From NCBI RefSeq assembly GCF_009834535.1, contig NC_045697.1, positions 117,926,001 to 117,990,000 of the forward strand: a DNA stretch of 64,000 bases, read 5' to 3'. Of the stretch, positions 61,386 to 64,000 are shown piece after piece. The translations under genes were made by a program, and so were the position numbers. This stretch comes from Camelus ferus. Lineage: Eukaryota. The notes under the pieces were generated by a model. The model had not been told where the DNA came from, did not search any database, and was given only the letters and a program-made list of their open reading frames with translations. Position 1 is the first letter of the stretch. The number at the start of each line of letters is the position of its first letter.

Positions 61386-63348
61386 TTTGTTTCAGTTGTA
61401 CAGATGTTAAATAGAAAGAATTTCTACAGTTTTTGTTAAAGCCATCAGAAAAGCAATTGACTTTTTCCTACCGTATCGGCAGTGCTCTTCTGGGTCTCAG
61501 ATACTCAATTTGGACAAAGTAATAAATGTCATGCTTTTAAAAGGGAAAATATTATGCTTCTTACTGTGCTCTAAAATAGTCTAATGCTATGGAAAAATCG
61601 ATTGAAGACTTGATGTGGCTTTTATAGACACCGAGATTTTAAATGTTTAGAAGAGATGTGTTTTATTATGCCTGGGGCTTAGTGGTCCCACAACCTGGTG
61701 TTTCGCATTGTGGTCAGAAGAACTGTTTCAAATGAAGGGCTTTCAAAGTTGCTAAAACTTCTGATTCAAAGAAAATCAGGGTGTAATTTCGACGGTAGTG
61801 GAGAAAAAGGGAAAGAAGAAACCTTACAGGGATAAGGAAATGTTCACAGACAATGGTGTTTCGAACTCTTCTGTAGAAGATTATCAGGGGTTTGGTGATT
61901 TCTGAAATCCAATCATCACACAAAGCTCCCGTCAAAAGCACTGCAGCTTTGAGTGCCAGTTTTTCCCGTAAAGATCAACCTGAAGTGACATATCAAGACA
62001 GAGGTACATTTCAAAGGGAAAGTCCATAAAAACAAATTATGGTCACTGTTGGTTAATCATTCAAAATCATAAATCTTGTGTGGTGAGATAACAGTGACCA
62101 GACATCGTCACTGAATTGAAAAAATATAACAGCCCCCCCCAAAAAACACAGTACTTTTTCTTGTTTGTAGTGACCACTGTGAGGTTTTAGAATTAACACA
62201 ATCGCAATTAATTAATTAATCTCAATTAAGCGTCTTTTGGGTCTGTGATTTAGACCAGAGCACTGGGTTTCAAATTTTTATTCTTTTACTCCTAAAGGGA
62301 CTTTGTGGAACTATGGATAGCTTCAGATATTTAGCTGACCATTTTAAAGGTTTCATCATAAATGTAAATATTGCAATTAATAAAAACTTTCAGCATATTG
62401 TAAACGTTCACAACGAAATCAAAACTATGGCTTCATCTTTTGAAATATATCTTACAGGATTTAAACACTATAGCAACTTGATATGTGCTGTCATCTATTT
62501 TTAGGAACATATGAAATATATTTATGTTTCAATATTTTCTATTAATCATCTCTCACACTTCTTTCAATAAGAAGACACTTATATATGTTTAATTGAAATC
62601 TAATATTTTAAAACTTCCTGTGCTTGCAGATCTCAGACAAAAGATTTTTTTCTGAATTGAGCTGTCATTATAGCTATAATTATACACCACTGATAAAAAA
62701 TGACTATTATATATTAACATTCTGGAAAATAATAATTAAATATAAAAGTAAGAATTTTGCTAGCACGTCTCTCTCATTAGATCTCTGAAAGGATGGAATT
62801 AAGAATTTAATTTGTGTATTGGAATTTACTTGTTGCTAGATTTAGCCAGTGTTCAAACACAATTCTAATTCTATTCTTTCCTCTTGGCTTAGAGGTACCT
62901 GTTCAGAAAACTTGTCACATAGATCAGCAGGTAGGAACAGAAGTCTGACTATTAAAATTCAGCATAATTTTTTGAAGTCCTTCCCTGTTATCATTCCAAG
63001 TCACACAGATCGTTAAAAATAAGCTTAATAATAGGTCACCACCAGTTGGGTCTTTCTTCAGTTTTGTTCAGAACAAAGAATTGTAAAGTACCTGACTCAG
63101 CGAAAAGATCTGTCACCAATCGTCAGTCATTTCCTTCCTCGACACCAGCATTGGTAGCGTTACGCTCTGTTTGGCTTCCCCGGAAGTTTTACACCCGGAA
63201 TCATGGGCTGTGATAACGGTGAGATGTCATAGGACCACCTGAGAGGGGGTGGAAAAGGGGGTCTTGAGCCTCCGTCAGAGTGTGTTCTCAGGGGATCAGC
63301 TTAAGACAGTGTATCCTTGGGAGTTAAGACATGGAACTAAGGCGGCAA

Positions 63349-63513
63349 GGGGGGCGAGGGGCAAGATATATCTCAGGGGTGGAGTGCAATGTTTAGCATG
63401 CACGAGGTCCTGAGTTCAATCCCTGGTACCTCCATTAAAAAAAAAAAAATGAAATAAATAAATAAACTGAATTACCTACCCCCTCCAAAAACAAAAAAAG
63501 ATAAAAGAAAAAA
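63349..63513 (+). mobile_element. tRNA-Ala-derived SINE (Vic-1-like)
   Basis: ttagcatgcacgaggtcctgagttcaatccctggtacctcca plus bipartite A-rich tail; acatgg on both flanks. Confidence 0.85.
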
Positions 63514-64000
63514 ACATGGCATCTGAAAGTTCACTCCTGACCACTTGAAAAGACTTTACACAAGCCTTGGTGGAGGTACGCCACCATTTGAAGATGGCTG
63601 ACATAGAGTGTTTTAATTTGCCATAAAGAATTTCTTTTCTTCAATTCAGATTAGGTGAACTGTGCGGTCATAATCAGAGGTTAGGTGATTTTTATTTCTG
63701 CAACCCATACACTTAATCACTTTGAAAGGAGGTAAGAGGAGCTAGGTCAATATCAAATATTCTTGTCAGTATATCATAGTCAATAAAGGAGTAACAGTTT
63801 TACAAGTAACCTCGTAACAAATGTCTAAATTCTTTGACTTTCAGAGTCAAAATGATGTAATAAAACTTTTTAAAAAAGGACTCTACTTTGTAGAGAAATA
63901 AATCAGATTTCTTCAAAGATATGTGTAGTATTTCAAGTTAAAATACAGGAGGTCCTGGAAAATATTTAGCTCTTAATTCACCAATATATTTGGTAAATTC

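Noticed and set aside
1..64000. CRISPR arrays, operons or other prokaryotic systems
   Set aside because: The sequence is mammalian, with spliced exons and LINE/SINE/LTR content; no repeat-spacer structure was seen.

Overview
Mammalian genomic DNA, probably a camelid (alpaca/llama/camel), inferred from six tRNA-Ala-like Vic-1-type SINEs. The window holds the 3' half of PDGFC on the + strand: exon 4 (5719-5926), exon 5 (10553-10770), exon 6 CDS (15261-15377) and a ~1.4 kb 3' UTR ending near 16800. About 47 kb of intergenic DNA follows, with no recognisable gene. It carries L1 fragments of several ages, a decayed ERVL provirus split by a younger L1, an MLT1 LTR, MIR/L2/MER5 relics and microsatellites. 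I found no new gene system. The most unusual signal is sharp local GC enrichment in an AT-rich locus: 69 of 73 exon 5 codons end in G/C, and the proximal 3' UTR is CpG-island-like. Against human PDGFC as I recall it, most exon 5 amino-acid differences are A/T-to-G/C changes, as expected from GC-biased gene conversion acting on a conserved growth-factor domain. All cross-species comparisons and repeat family names come from memory and need checking by alignment.
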